Below, piece after piece: positions 45,098-53,764 of a stretch of 53,764 nt of DNA (its first letter is position 1; the number at the start of each line of letters is the position of its first letter). A program made the translations under genes and the position numbers. The notes beneath the pieces were generated by a model, which saw only the letters and a list, made by a program, of their open reading frames with translations, made no database searches and was not told where the DNA came from. The stretch spans positions 12,654 to 66,417 of the forward strand of contig JAZKII010000004.1 of NCBI GenBank assembly GCA_040384945.1, in the 5' to 3' direction. Origin of the DNA: Pseudomonadota bacterium. Its GTDB lineage: Bacteria > Pseudomonadota > Alphaproteobacteria > Rickettsiales > UBA1997.

Positions 45098-45124
45098 TTT
45101 TTTAAAAAACGATATTTTTTAATT

Positions 45125-45742
45125 ATGAAAAAAATTTCCAATAATTCATATAAAAGAGCGAATATAACTTACTCACACATTTACTTTGATGATGTTTTTA
45201 ATGAGGAAGAAATTGCGCGTGTTGTTGAATATTGCGAAAAACAGGAATTTCTAACTGCAACTGTTGGAAGTGACAGATCATTGAATGAAACGATCCGAAA
45301 ATCAAATGTAAATTTTCACAATCCAAATGAAGAAAATAACTGGATTTTTGAACGCTTAAACTGGGCGATCGAAAAGATGAATAGTGATTTTTATAATTTT
45401 GATTTGGATGGTTATGATTTTTTCCAATATTCGCAGTATAAAAGTTCGCAGCTAGGGAAATATGATTTGCATATAGATATGTTTATGGGCGATGAATTGC
45501 CAACAAATACAACCGGAACCAGGAAATTATCTTTAACGTTTTTGTTGAATGAACCAGGTGTTGATTTTGAAGGTGGAGATTTTCAGATTGTTTTAGCGCA
45601 GGAAAGTCAAGCGCAGACGATTGAGATGAAGAAAGGGCGGATTATTGCTTTTCCTTCGTTTGTTTTGCATCGTGTGACGCCAGTGACGAAGGGAGAGAGA
45701 AAGTCGATTGTGGTTTGGGTTGAAGGGCCGAAGTTTAAGTAG
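45125..45742 (+). CDS. 2OG-Fe(II) oxygenase (PKHD/prolyl-hydroxylase type)
   Basis: YDLHID (HxD), RKLSLT, FEGGDF, FPSFVLHRVTPVTKGERKS; start ATG 45125. Confidence 0.92.
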   Translation: MKKISNNSYKRANITYSHIYFDDVFNEEEIARVVEYCEKQEFLTATVGSDRSLNETIRKSNVNFHNPNEENNWIFERLNWAIEKMNSDFYNFDLDGYDFFQYSQYKSSQLGKYDLHIDMFMGDELPTNTTGTRKLSLTFLLNEPGVDFEGGDFQIVLAQESQAQTIEMKKGRIIAFPSFVLHRVTPVTKGERKSIVVWVEGPKFK

Positions 45743-45797
45743 GGAAGGGTTATAGTAATCGAGTACAGCACTTTTGAGCAGGACGAGGTCCTTGAGC

Positions 45798-45881
45798 AGG
45801 ACGGGGTTTGTAACCCCGTCCTCACGTTCATATAAAGTTAAATTGAACTGAAAATGTGGACTGGGTTACAAACCCAGTCCA
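45798..45881. repeat. Inverted pair of 25-bp REP-like palindromes (family B)
   Basis: AGGACGGGGTT-TGT-AACCCCGTCCT (45798-45822) and TGGACTGGGTT-ACA-AACCCAGTCCA (45857-45881). Confidence 0.85.
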
Positions 45882-45918
45882 GCGCTAGGATTAAGTAGCG
45901 TGAATAAAATAGAGTAGG

Positions 45919-46716
45919 TTAAGCAATAAAAACCAAAACCAAAACTCCCAGCACAATTCTATAAACACCGAACGGAATAAAATTGTGGCGGCTAACAAAA
46001 GTAATAAACCATTTTATCACCAAAATCGCTGAAAAAAAAGCTGATAAAAGTCCAATCAAAATAAGTTCAATATTTGCTCCGGTAAGCTCAGAAGAATTTT
46101 TTAAAAGATCATAAAAACTCGCCGCAGCAATTGTTGGAATTGCTAAAAAGAAAGAAAATTCCGTCGCAGTTTTGCGGTTTAATCCGAGCAAAAGCCCGCC
46201 AATAATAGTTGCGCCTGATCTTGAAACTCCGGGAATCATCGCCAGACATTGAAATAATCCAATGTAAAAAGCTGAAACCGGTTTGATATTATTAACATCA
46301 TCAACTTCTGATTTTTTTGGTTTTCTCTCAACTAAAATCATGATGATGCCGCCTAAAATTAAGCTGAATGCAATCACCAAATTTGAAAAAAGATATTCTT
46401 TGATAAATTTATGCAAAAGACCGCCAATTATGGCTGCAGGCAGGAAAGATAAAATCAGATTTAGCGTGAATTTTTGTTGTTCTTTTTGTTTTAAATTACA
46501 AATAACTGTGAGAATTTTTTGGCGATAAATCACGCAAATCGCAAGGATAGCGCCGAATTGAATTACGATTTCAAAGAGACTGTTTTTGATGGTTTGGAAA
46601 TCGATAATATAAGAAGAAATCAACAAGTGCGCAGTTGATGAAACCGGAATAAATTCTGTTAATCCTTCGACAATTCCAAGGAAAACAGCTTTAAATAAAT
46701 CAGCAAAATGAAGCAC
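45919..46716 (-). CDS. uppP: Undecaprenyl-diphosphatase UppP/BacA
   Basis: LGIVEGLTEFIPVSSTAHL, IQFGAILA, PGVSRSGATI, ATEFSFFLAIP; start moved to GTG 46716, downstream of the tRNA. Confidence 0.95.
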   Translation of the reverse strand: MLHFADLFKAVFLGIVEGLTEFIPVSSTAHLLISSYIIDFQTIKNSLFEIVIQFGAILAICVIYRQKILTVICNLKQKEQQKFTLNLILSFLPAAIIGGLLHKFIKEYLFSNLVIAFSLILGGIIMILVERKPKKSEVDDVNNIKPVSAFYIGLFQCLAMIPGVSRSGATIIGGLLLGLNRKTATEFSFFLAIPTIAAASFYDLLKNSSELTGANIELILIGLLSAFFSAILVIKWFITFVSRHNFIPFGVYRIVLGVLVLVFIA

Positions 46717-46737
46717 TTTTAATAGAGAAGAAAAAGA

Positions 46738-46824
46738 TGGTACCTCCGATCCGAATCGAACGGACACGTCCCAGGGGACAATAGATTTTGAGTCTATCGC
46801 GTCTACCAATTCCGCCACAGAGGC
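46738..46824 (-). tRNA. tRNA-Leu (CAA)
   Basis: GCCTCTGTGGCGGAATTGGTAGACGCGATAGACTCAAAATCTAT..GTTCGATTCGGATCGGAGGTACCA; long variable arm. Confidence 0.96.
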
Positions 46825-47118
46825 ATTTAAAAAATAATCTTTAAATGGGTAGTAGGTTTAAGTTTTTCGATTTTTGGCAAATCGTAAATAAACCAAGAAG
46901 ATGAAGTAAATTTAAAACGTAGAAAAATAAAATCCTACTAAAGATCTGATCTTTTTAAAAAAAAGTTTTGTCAAAAAATCTTTCTCGAAATTTGTCCTAA
47001 AAAATCTTGTCCAAAAATTAGTTCAAATTTTGTCCAAAAAATTTGGCCAAGAAATTTAAGCTATTGCCTAAAATTTCTTGACCAAACCCAAAGTAGAAAA
47101 TCTAAAAAGTAAAATTTT

Positions 47119-47157
47119 GGGAGGGGCACTTTAACAAAAGCTAAAATAAAAAGTCAA
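47119..47157 (-). promoter_or_regulatory. Sigma70-type promoter about 300 nt upstream of tRNA-Leu
   Basis: TTGACT-18 bp-TAAAGT followed by GCCCCTCCC discriminator. Confidence 0.65.
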
Positions 47158-47417
47158 AAACCTTTAACTAAAATATTATGAATTTAGGTAAATGAGCTAG
47201 AGCCACGTATTTCTGGACTCAAATAATATAGTTTTACATAATAGCCATTATGTGGAGTTAGGATTAGAAGTTTTTTAAATAATTTTTGGATCAGTTCTTT
47301 TGGGTCGATTCAGATTAGTTCAGATTAGTTCATCTTCAGGGTTTATTTATGATTAATCGGAAAACTTATTCTCGATTCGGTTTTTGATCGTTTACTGAAA
47401 ATATGTTAATGATCATG

Positions 47418-50400
47418 TTAATGATCGGAGCGGCCGTGTAGATTCTGTGTATTAACAACCGAATATCCGCTATTTGCAGATGGCATTTGTCCCGGAGTTT
47501 TTGTAATTGTTTGACCATCTGCTGTAAGCAGTGTTTTTGAGGATCTTTGTACCAACTCGCTTAAATCATCAACTCTAGTGCACATAAAACAGCCTTCTAA
47601 TTTTTTCTCCGGATGCTGTTTTTTAGCTTGTTCCATCCATGTTTGAAGAGCTTTCTGATTAAGAACACCATTATTCAAAAAATCAGATAGCGGAGTTCCA
47701 TGATCACCTTCTCGAGAAAAATCTTGTGTTTGGCCGATGTTGCGCCATCTTTCAAAAATGATGGTTTGTTGTGGGTTTATGAAATCAAAAATTTTTCCAT
47801 GAGTACGAAAATTAGGCATATTTTCATAAACCAATTCTTTAGTTAGAGGATTGGTAACTTTCATTCTTTTCATTGAATTAGAATAATAAGCTTTACCGGA
47901 AAATCCTGATTGTTCCAAAATTTGGGGAAGTAAAAATCCGCGCATCAATTTAAGAAACCCCTGCCCGCTATATTCTGGTACAGTTTGAGAAAGATCAAAA
48001 AATATACTGGTTGCCTTTCGACCTTCTTCATCAATTAACATTTTTGTTTTCTCGTCATTAATCGTAAAGCTCATCGCGGATAATGGATTCCCATCTTTAT
48101 CTTCCAAAATCATCGCAGTATAATCATTGGTCTTATTGGTATTTCCAAATTCTTCAGGATCTAGCGATGAACGTTTTTTCATTTCGGTTTCAAGCCAGCT
48201 GGTATCCATTTCAGATGGCACTGTTGTAGCATCCTTCTTTTTCAACAAGTCTTCAATCAAACGTCTTTGAGTTTCCCACGCGATTGGTCCTAGTAATTCA
48301 AGTGCTTTCGGACTGTTTTTGGCTGAGTTTTTACTGGTAATAATGTGAACAGATAATTCTTGGCCTTGATGTTTACAAGCTGGAAGCCTTTGATTATCAA
48401 GCTTTCTAAGCGGATGTTGCATTTCCTGAATATTAATTCTGGCCTCAAATAAAGCGGGCAAATCTTGCAAAAATTCTTGTGAAAGATTTGTAGTTACAAG
48501 CACAGGTACTTGCGGATTAAGATCTCTTAAGATTGGTCTTAGAGTTCGCTCATTGTGAATATGCGAATCTTGCGCGGCTAAAATTACGAATGGAATTTGA
48601 TAGTCATCAATTGGTTCAATTATATCAGAAGCACCAAACCTTCCTGAATTATGAAGTTTCGGATGATCGAAACTTTGGTGAACGCCCTTACCTTCAACAC
48701 GATGCGGCAAAATACAAAGAAGGCCTTTGCCGTTTAATTCTTCTAATCTTCTTTCCGAAATATTTCCGGCAGTTCCGGCAATAATATCAAATTCGAGATT
48801 TTCTTCATTTTCTAAAAAGGCTTGGCCAGCTTCATTCATAGCCATAATGCGTAATTCTGAAAATTTGTGATTCAAATCTTCGCTTTGTGTAACTGGAGCG
48901 GTGACTCTTTTTGAATAAGGATAATTTTCTTTAACTTTTTCGCCAAGATAAACTACGGAATCTTCGCACGACAAGGGAATCACAAAACTTTTTTCATACC
49001 AAACTTTTGGTGTAATTGTGTGAGGCAAATTTTTTTTCGGAATTTCTGCAACTTCTGCATTATTTCTGATTAATGAATTAACCACAATTGCCTGTGATCG
49101 ATCATCAAATTCAATGCCGGAAATATAATTCGGCTGAATAATAAAATTTTTAGCATGACCTGCCCTGACCTCTCCGCCTAGTATGGTTGGGATTCCATAT
49201 CTTTCGGCAACTTCTTTAATTCTCGCAACTTCATTATTATAAGCGCTATTGGCGCGAATAATATATCCACCGATTAAATCTTCTTCTTTATCAACGCTGA
49301 TTTTTGGTAAATTATTTCTCTTGCACAAAATTCCTAAAATCTTGTCTTTCTCAGATCTGGTAAGCATTTCATATTCAGGAATATATCCATCAATTCTTCT
49401 TACACTCATTTCATCTTCTTGGACAACAATATTTTCAACTACGACTGCAATTAGTTGCTCAGGCTTGATCACGCCACTTTGTAAAGCAGTCTCTAAAACT
49501 TCGGACGCATTATATCCGGTTTCAGATTGGAGATAACCTTCCAAACCAAGGATTAATTTTTCTCCGGCAAAATCAGGACGATAAGGTGAATCGATCGCGG
49601 AAAGCAATTGGCGAGGAAAATAAGTATGCAACCTGACTTGATCACCTTCTTGATATCGGCTTTTTATTTGATTGTAAGTCGCTGAATTTTCGCAATTTAA
49701 AACTCGTTGTAGTGGATGATCTTTCTTCTCTTCAAAAATTTCGATCATTTCTTGAACCTTTTCTGGTGCTGTTGGCCAAGTTGTTGAAAAAGTTTTTCCG
49801 GCATTTCCAGCATGAATATATTCAACAATTTCTCTTAAGCCAAATTGGTTTTCTGAGCCGTCAGAAAATCCGGCAATAATTCGTCTTTTATGATTTTCTG
49901 GTAAAGGTTTTACTCTGAAATAATCACGTACCAATTCAAGCTTTGGCTCAATTTGAACGCCACCGGCCATACAATGAATGTGGAAACCATTTTCAATCGC
50001 GCTAGCAATTTGTGCAGCGCCAGCTTTAGGTGACATATAGCCAATTCCACTGTGAGGATTAAAATTATTATGCACCACAATATCGCTGTATGGTGTTTTT
50101 TCTCTTATTCCATAATATTGTTCATGGCCATCAATATAAGGAAGAGCGATACAAAATTCGGAAGGGCGACCTTTATAATTAAGAGCGGTTTCAACAATGC
50201 TTTGCATCTTATTCGGGGTTTGATCTTTCGGCTTCTCAATAAAGCAAAGTGAAGTGGTTAAAACTGCAACTTTGTTGCGCTCAACTATTGATCCATCTTT
50301 TCTGGTAAAGGCGGGAATTTCTTCGGCTTGGGTACAATGTTTAATTTCTCCATCTTCTTGATCTAAATAAAAATATTTCCATTTAACTTGCTCGGGATGA

Positions 50401-50426
50401 ATTTTTAACAGATCCGGCCTAGACAT
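47418..50426 (-). CDS. S66 (LdcA/MccF-like) peptidase domain fused to a C-terminal GNAT-like domain
   Basis: AGG, IIAGFSD (Ser), ILGLEG (Glu), AGH (His); QTVPEYSGQGFLKLM acetyl-CoA-binding motif. Confidence 0.62.
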   Translation of the reverse strand: MSRPDLLKIHPEQVKWKYFYLDQEDGEIKHCTQAEEIPAFTRKDGSIVERNKVAVLTTSLCFIEKPKDQTPNKMQSIVETALNYKGRPSEFCIALPYIDGHEQYYGIREKTPYSDIVVHNNFNPHSGIGYMSPKAGAAQIASAIENGFHIHCMAGGVQIEPKLELVRDYFRVKPLPENHKRRIIAGFSDGSENQFGLREIVEYIHAGNAGKTFSTTWPTAPEKVQEMIEIFEEKKDHPLQRVLNCENSATYNQIKSRYQEGDQVRLHTYFPRQLLSAIDSPYRPDFAGEKLILGLEGYLQSETGYNASEVLETALQSGVIKPEQLIAVVVENIVVQEDEMSVRRIDGYIPEYEMLTRSEKDKILGILCKRNNLPKISVDKEEDLIGGYIIRANSAYNNEVARIKEVAERYGIPTILGGEVRAGHAKNFIIQPNYISGIEFDDRSQAIVVNSLIRNNAEVAEIPKKNLPHTITPKVWYEKSFVIPLSCEDSVVYLGEKVKENYPYSKRVTAPVTQSEDLNHKFSELRIMAMNEAGQAFLENEENLEFDIIAGTAGNISERRLEELNGKGLLCILPHRVEGKGVHQSFDHPKLHNSGRFGASDIIEPIDDYQIPFVILAAQDSHIHNERTLRPILRDLNPQVPVLVTTNLSQEFLQDLPALFEARINIQEMQHPLRKLDNQRLPACKHQGQELSVHIITSKNSAKNSPKALELLGPIAWETQRRLIEDLLKKKDATTVPSEMDTSWLETEMKKRSSLDPEEFGNTNKTNDYTAMILEDKDGNPLSAMSFTINDEKTKMLIDEEGRKATSIFFDLSQTVPEYSGQGFLKLMRGFLLPQILEQSGFSGKAYYSNSMKRMKVTNPLTKELVYENMPNFRTHGKIFDFINPQQTIIFERWRNIGQTQDFSREGDHGTPLSDFLNNGVLNQKALQTWMEQAKKQHPEKKLEGCFMCTRVDDLSELVQRSSKTLLTADGQTITKTPGQMPSANSGYSVVNTQNLHGRSDH

Positions 50427-50518
50427 GCTTATATAAAATGATTAATAAAATATTGAATTTCTTAGAACATTTTCTGATTTGACTATCAATAGAAATTTTT
50501 CTTGAAGTATAGATAACA

Positions 50519-50567
50519 AAAAAAATCCCGACCAAAGTTTTTTAAAACTTCGTGTCGGGATTTTTTT
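50519..50567. terminator. Intrinsic terminator (bidirectional type)
   Basis: A7-TCCCGAC..AAGTTTT/AAAACTT..GTCGGGA-T7. Confidence 0.85.
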
Positions 50568-50586
50568 CTTTGTTGTAGTAAGCTTA

Positions 50587-52053
50587 TTATTTAGATGAGT
50601 TCGATAAATCGATAATTATTGATTTATCGTCATTTTCTTTAGGAACCGGTTTTGGTGCCGGAGCTGTTGGTTTTGCCGGAGCTGGCGGAACCGCAACTGG
50701 TGTTACAGTTGTAGTAGTTTGAACTTTAACTGCTGCTGGCGCTGGAACAGGAGCTGGTTTTGGCGCTACAGGTTGAACAGCTGGAGCTGGTGGAGCAATT
50801 ATAACTGGTTGTGGAGTTGGAGCAAGAAGTTCAACTTTTTTAACAACCGGTTTTTTCGGTTTTTTGTGTTTTACAACCTTCCCTGTTTCACCTTTATTAA
50901 ATTTAAAAGATGAAGATTCAGATGTTTCTTCTTTAGTTACTTCCGGAACGATTTCTATCGCTGGAACAACAGTTGGAGCAACAGCTTGCGGAGCTGCAGC
51001 AGTTTTTGCAACTTCAGATTTATCGCCAGCCGGAGTTTTAAGTAAATAAATCACCCTTTTGTCTTTTTTAATCTGATCATTGGCGACGGCATTTTTAGCA
51101 ACCTCTGTATTAGCTGCTCCAGCTGGTGCTACCAGCTTATATCTAACTGCGCCATAATTTTGCGTGCTGCCTGGCTTCTCAATTGAAATCGCATTTGGGT
51201 TTTGTTCAGTATAATCATGAAGCGATTTACCATTTTCGCCGGAAACCAATTTAAATCTTTTGGTTACAATTGCAGTAGAAGGAGATCCTTTAGCAATCAT
51301 CGGCACTGGTTCGCTAAATTGTTGCGATTTGCCTTCTGGTGAAGTGAATCTAAAAATTCTTTGCGATTGTGCCGCAGTTAAACCGCTAGTATCAGATTCC
51401 ATAAATGAACCCATTTTCACAACGCGATCAAGATAAGCCTCAAGAATAATTTGAGCGGGCTGATTCTCGCGATTTCTGGCGATAACAAAAGCTTCAGTCA
51501 ATTGTTCTTTTAACAATCTTACATCCATCAATTTGATGAAATTATATTTTTCAAACATCGAGTTTAAACAGTCTGAGCAGTCAGACATTGCGGCGTGAAG
51601 GATTGCTGATTCACCCGATGAATTAATGCTGCTTGCTTGAGCACCTTTGATTAAAAGCAAATCTACAATATCTTTATCACCAGCCAAAGCGCCGCGCATA
51701 AGCGGAGTCCAGCCTTCATTATCAACGGCGTTTACGTCAGCTTCATTTTCCACTAAAATTTTTACGATTTCAAAATTCTTTTCGCGGCAAGCCATGTGTA
51801 AAGCGGTTGCACCACCAACATTTTTTTGATTTACAGTTGCCCTGCCCGCTTTGCTGAAAAATTTTACGCCGGTTACATCATTGCTGGTAACTGCCGACAT
51901 CAGGGCACTAACTCCTACAACCTGATTATTTGAATTGTCGTAAAGCCCTTGAATTTGAGCGCGGATTGATTCGCTGCTGAAAAAAATTGTTAGGGCAACA
52001 GAAGAAACTCCAAGCAATAACAGGCTTTTTTTAGCAAAATTTTTCTTAATCAT
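50587..52053 (-). CDS. Exported ankyrin-repeat protein with a Pro/Ala-rich tail
   Basis: N-terminal basic+hydrophobic signal, GATALHMAC, GWTPLMRGA, PAP-rich C-terminus. Confidence 0.9.
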   Translation of the reverse strand: MIKKNFAKKSLLLLGVSSVALTIFFSSESIRAQIQGLYDNSNNQVVGVSALMSAVTSNDVTGVKFFSKAGRATVNQKNVGGATALHMACREKNFEIVKILVENEADVNAVDNEGWTPLMRGALAGDKDIVDLLLIKGAQASSINSSGESAILHAAMSDCSDCLNSMFEKYNFIKLMDVRLLKEQLTEAFVIARNRENQPAQIILEAYLDRVVKMGSFMESDTSGLTAAQSQRIFRFTSPEGKSQQFSEPVPMIAKGSPSTAIVTKRFKLVSGENGKSLHDYTEQNPNAISIEKPGSTQNYGAVRYKLVAPAGAANTEVAKNAVANDQIKKDKRVIYLLKTPAGDKSEVAKTAAAPQAVAPTVVPAIEIVPEVTKEETSESSSFKFNKGETGKVVKHKKPKKPVVKKVELLAPTPQPVIIAPPAPAVQPVAPKPAPVPAPAAVKVQTTTTVTPVAVPPAPAKPTAPAPKPVPKENDDKSIIIDLSNSSK

Positions 52054-52095
52054 TTTGTCAACTTTATATTTCGTTATAAAACTTATCTAAACACG

Positions 52096-53454
52096 CTAAT
52101 TCCAGCGGTTTTCTAATTCTTTAATTAATGATTGATCACCAGGATCATAAGGTTTTTCAATCCAGGTTTTAGCACCATTTTGCAAAAGATATTTCACCAC
52201 AATTTCTTTTTTGTGGCGATATGCAATTGAAAGTGCTGTGAATCCGTCATTATCCATCGCATTAATATCAACGCCCTTTGAAACAAACAATTCAACCGCC
52301 GGCAAAAAGCCAACGCGAGATGCATGCATCAGGTAAGTTCTACCAAAAGCGTCAATATATTTGGGATCAGCCTTGTTATCGATTAATAGTTCGAGTGCTT
52401 TTATATCGAGCATCTCAATTGCAATATCAATCGGGGTATATCCAAGGCCACTCGGCAGATTTGGATCAGCGCCTTTAGCAAGCACTGAAGCCATGATAGC
52501 CGGTTTTTGTAAAAGTACAGAATAAGTTAAGATAGTGTCACCATTTTGATTTCTTATGTTCGAATTTTCTACATCTTTAAATGCGCTGTTGAAATATGAA
52601 ACACTGCCGGAAGAAATGGCGTTAAATAAAACTTCGATTCTTTCCTGAATTGTTGGAACTAGCGGAATATGAAGATTATCCGCCGTGCGATAACGATTTA
52701 AAATTGGTGCTGCCGGCAATTCATCACTAATAAAACGATTAATTTCTTTGGGGCGCGGAACTATTTTTTCATCACTTTCATCAAAATCTTCATCCGATAA
52801 TTGCGAAGAATTTTTCTCGATTTGAATTAAATATTTTGCTCGCAAATCTTGCAGTTTTTTTAATTTTTCTTCGCGCTTTTTTTCATTCAATTTCTTTTGT
52901 TTTTCAGCAGCCAAGCGCTTTTTCAAATTTTGTTTTTTGGCGGAATTAATATATTTTTCAGTTTTGGATTTCGGGGATTTTTGCGGTGCAATAATAGTTT
53001 CTTCTTCAGGTTTATTGGATTTTTTATTTAAGAAATTCTGAATTTTGGAAATTGGACTTAGGCTTTGAGCTTTGTCAATAAGCGCTCCAACTTTACTTGA
53101 TTCAGCCGCCGGAACAATCGGATTTGGCTCCGGATTCGCTTTAGCCGGGATTGTCGGAGCTGCAGTGACCGCAGGCAATTCATTAACTTGTGGCTCTTTT
53201 GGTTCGGCAATTTTAACTTCAGGCGGATTTTTTATTGCCGCTTCAGATTTTTTATCAAGATCGTCAAGCCCCAAAGACTCAACATCAATCTTCACTTTTT
53301 TAGGATCAAAAGGCTCCAGCGCTGCTTTTCTGGCCTTCAAATCTTCGGCAATTTCTTCCATACTTTGCGGAGTTTTACTAGCATTAGTATCTTGGGCAGC
53401 ATGAAGCGACGAGCAAAAAACAAAGTAAGCAGCAATGAAAAATATCTGAAACAT
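52096..53454 (-). CDS. Exported protein with C-terminal ankyrin repeats
   Basis: Signal peptide ending SLHA, GDTILT, GYTPIDIA, GRTYLMHA, GFTALSIA. Confidence 0.9.
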   Translation of the reverse strand: MFQIFFIAAYFVFCSSLHAAQDTNASKTPQSMEEIAEDLKARKAALEPFDPKKVKIDVESLGLDDLDKKSEAAIKNPPEVKIAEPKEPQVNELPAVTAAPTIPAKANPEPNPIVPAAESSKVGALIDKAQSLSPISKIQNFLNKKSNKPEEETIIAPQKSPKSKTEKYINSAKKQNLKKRLAAEKQKKLNEKKREEKLKKLQDLRAKYLIQIEKNSSQLSDEDFDESDEKIVPRPKEINRFISDELPAAPILNRYRTADNLHIPLVPTIQERIEVLFNAISSGSVSYFNSAFKDVENSNIRNQNGDTILTYSVLLQKPAIMASVLAKGADPNLPSGLGYTPIDIAIEMLDIKALELLIDNKADPKYIDAFGRTYLMHASRVGFLPAVELFVSKGVDINAMDNDGFTALSIAYRHKKEIVVKYLLQNGAKTWIEKPYDPGDQSLIKELENRWN

Positions 53455-53461
53455 AATTGGA

Positions 53462-53677
53462 TTATTTCACCGGATCAAAGCCGCTTTTTTTTGAAAAAGG
53501 ATGGCATTTAAGAATTCGAAATGTTCCTAAAGTTAAACCTTTAATCAACCCTTTTTTCTCAATTGCCTGAATCATGTAATTGGAACAAGTCGGAGAAAAT
53601 CGGCATTTATGTTGGCCGAGTAAAGGGGAAAGAATTAGGCGATAGAGTTTGATTAGGGAAATAAAAAAATAGCGCAT
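53462..53677 (-). CDS. yidD: Membrane protein insertion efficiency factor YidD
   Basis: [30 protein letters not shown]. Confidence 0.95.
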   Translation of the reverse strand: MRYFFISLIKLYRLILSPLLGQHKCRFSPTCSNYMIQAIEKKGLIKGLTLGTFRILKCHPFSKKSGFDPVK

Positions 53678-53714
53678 TTAAATATTTATAAATTTACAAA
53701 AACTGCAGAAACTA

Positions 53715-53764
53715 TAGGTCATCGAGCAAAGCGCCTTTTGGCGCGTCGTCGAGATGCTAGCTCG
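53715..53764. repeat. Copy of repeat family A at the window end
   Basis: TAGGTCATCGAGCAAA-GCGCC-TTTT-GGCGC-GTCGTCGAGATGCTAGCTCG, same orientation as 1587-1635. Confidence 0.9.

Noticed and set aside
46717-46818. N-terminal extension of UppP in the ORF track
   Set aside because: It is read through the tRNA-Leu gene; the real start is downstream
46960-47090. CRISPR array or oriC
   Set aside because: Units are about 10 bp with irregular short spacing, there are no cas genes, and no DnaA boxes were seen
47311-47428. Short tandem duplications (CAGATTAGTT x2; TGTTAATGATC x2)
   Set aside because: Two-copy slippage-type duplications with no further structure
176-53511. Many 60-150 aa ORFs antisense to or nested in longer genes
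   Set aside because: Shadow frames with no recognisable motifs

Overview
AT-rich bacterial window, most consistent with a Rickettsiales-like alphaproteobacterium. That placement is inferred from the comF/methyltransferase/miaB/uppP/yidD backbone, an alpha-type tRNA-fMet and many ankyrin proteins. Both ends of the window fall inside copies of one palindromic repeat family. There are four zones. (1) 1-3 kb holds housekeeping genes. (2) 3-15.7 kb is a cluster of large effector-like proteins (ankyrin with a CaaX end, PcfJ-like, RAP+ankyrin, duplicated aminotransferase, ankyrin-like metzincin) that share a loose C-terminal Pro-anchored motif. (3) 15.7-43.7 kb is an anti-phage hotspot. A GHKL-ATPase/nuclease + Shedu pair comes first. 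A ~24.7 kb island follows, integrated at the 3' end of tRNA-fMet, with a 23-bp att repeat at 19023-19045 and 43708-43730. It carries a SIR2-like protein, HipBA-like TA, QatABCD, an HTH-PLD/SNF2-DUF4391-Mod-Res-RloC-like operon and an integrase/AlpA/MobC-like core. (4) 43.7-53.8 kb contains a free-standing C-terminal third of DnaE with its own start and no intein, a 2OG-Fe(II) oxygenase, tRNA-Leu-uppP with a repeat-structured leader, an S66-peptidase/GNAT fusion, two exported ankyrin proteins and yidD. The best leads are the apparently intein-less split dnaE, the GHKL-nuclease+Shedu pair, the shared effector C-terminal signal and the S66+GNAT fusion. All family calls come from motif recognition by eye; no searches were run.
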